Shown in pieces: positions 63,768-64,000 of a stretch of DNA of 64,000 nucleotides. Position numbers and translations under genes: made by a program. Below the pieces are notes generated by a model. That model did not search any database. It worked only from the letters and a program-made list of their open reading frames with translations, and was not told the DNA's origin. The stretch is from a virus. Numbering within the stretch: the stretch's first letter is position 1; each line of letters begins with the position of its first letter. Location of the stretch: the IMG/VR virus record IMGVR_UViG_3300044712_001906, positions 13,883 to 77,882 of that record; one strand, 5' to 3'.

Positions 63768-64000
63768 GCTGCGCCCTCCTCGTCGGCCTGTGCCGCCTGA
63801 CGCGGCTTCACGAGCGCCCAGAGCGTCGCCGCGGCGGCCACGAGCGCGTCGACCACGCCAGGGCTCTTGAGCGCCTCGGCCTCCTCGGCCTCGTCCCCTT
63901 CGCACGGGTCGAGGGCGATGGAACCGGCATCGTCGACGACACGCAGCCAGCACACCGCTCCGTCCTCGGCCTCGATTTCGTCACGGAGCACGTTCCGGTG
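63755..64000 (-). CDS. Hypothetical protein, probably 5-prime partial
   Basis: Acidic, protein-like ORF running to the window edge. Confidence 0.45.
   Translation of the reverse strand, partial: HRNVLRDEIEAEDGAVCWLRVVDDAGSIALDPCEGDEAEEAEALKSPGVVDALVAAAATLWALVKPRQAAQADEEGAACQA

Larger units (their letters stand above)
1..64000. mobile_element. Temperate contractile-tailed phage genome segment (incomplete at both ends)
   Basis: Integrase plus complete head, neck, tail, baseplate, lysis and terminase modules; tightly coupled ATGA/GTGA overlaps; no host housekeeping genes recognised. Confidence 0.95.

Overview
The whole window is a very GC-rich temperate myovirus genome segment; I see no host housekeeping genes. 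At the left end (+ strand) are small early genes, an excisionase-like HTH and a tyrosine integrase. Next comes a putative intact attP with paired arm-type repeats on both sides, so the DNA looks excised/circular or virion-derived. A cargo island follows (myxobacterial-type lipoprotein, Zn-ribbon, DUF6173). From about 5.9 kb to the end, a mostly minus-strand run encodes a complete contractile-tail virion. Its capsid, portal, prohead protease, neck, sheath and tube resemble phage K/A511/SPO1 (Herelleviridae-type) proteins by motif recall. The run also carries terminase, a lysis cassette (GH25 endolysin, holin/spanin-like genes), SSB, a DRB0094-type RNA ligase, GroES, a sigma-70 region-4-like regulator, ParB and an MT-A70 methyltransferase. 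The most striking element is a 2536-aa polyvalent protein between the MuF and prohead-protease genes. It contains an ADP-ribosyltransferase-like domain, an LPD5/LPD1 zincin and a DdrB-like ParB. Its module boundaries carry the same hydrophobic-x-K-[A/G] motif found throughout the scaffold, capsid propeptide and protease. Two modules begin with a near-identical HKYI(K/R)RVPKxGGG(Y/W)RY(F/Y)Y tag, and clamp-binding-like QxxLF motifs lie near module ends. I infer a protease-matured, head-packaged effector polyprotein. Other signals: a Tad2/DUF2829 anti-Thoeris sponge, an MmeI-like type IIL RM moron with a compositionally foreign TRD, an antisense PIN-toxin two-gene moron in the baseplate cluster, a four-copy late-promoter motif (CTTAACGCC-N15-CANNNT), and a +1 frameshift (TAC TTT CGC) in the tail chaperone. 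All family calls come from motif recognition without database searches.
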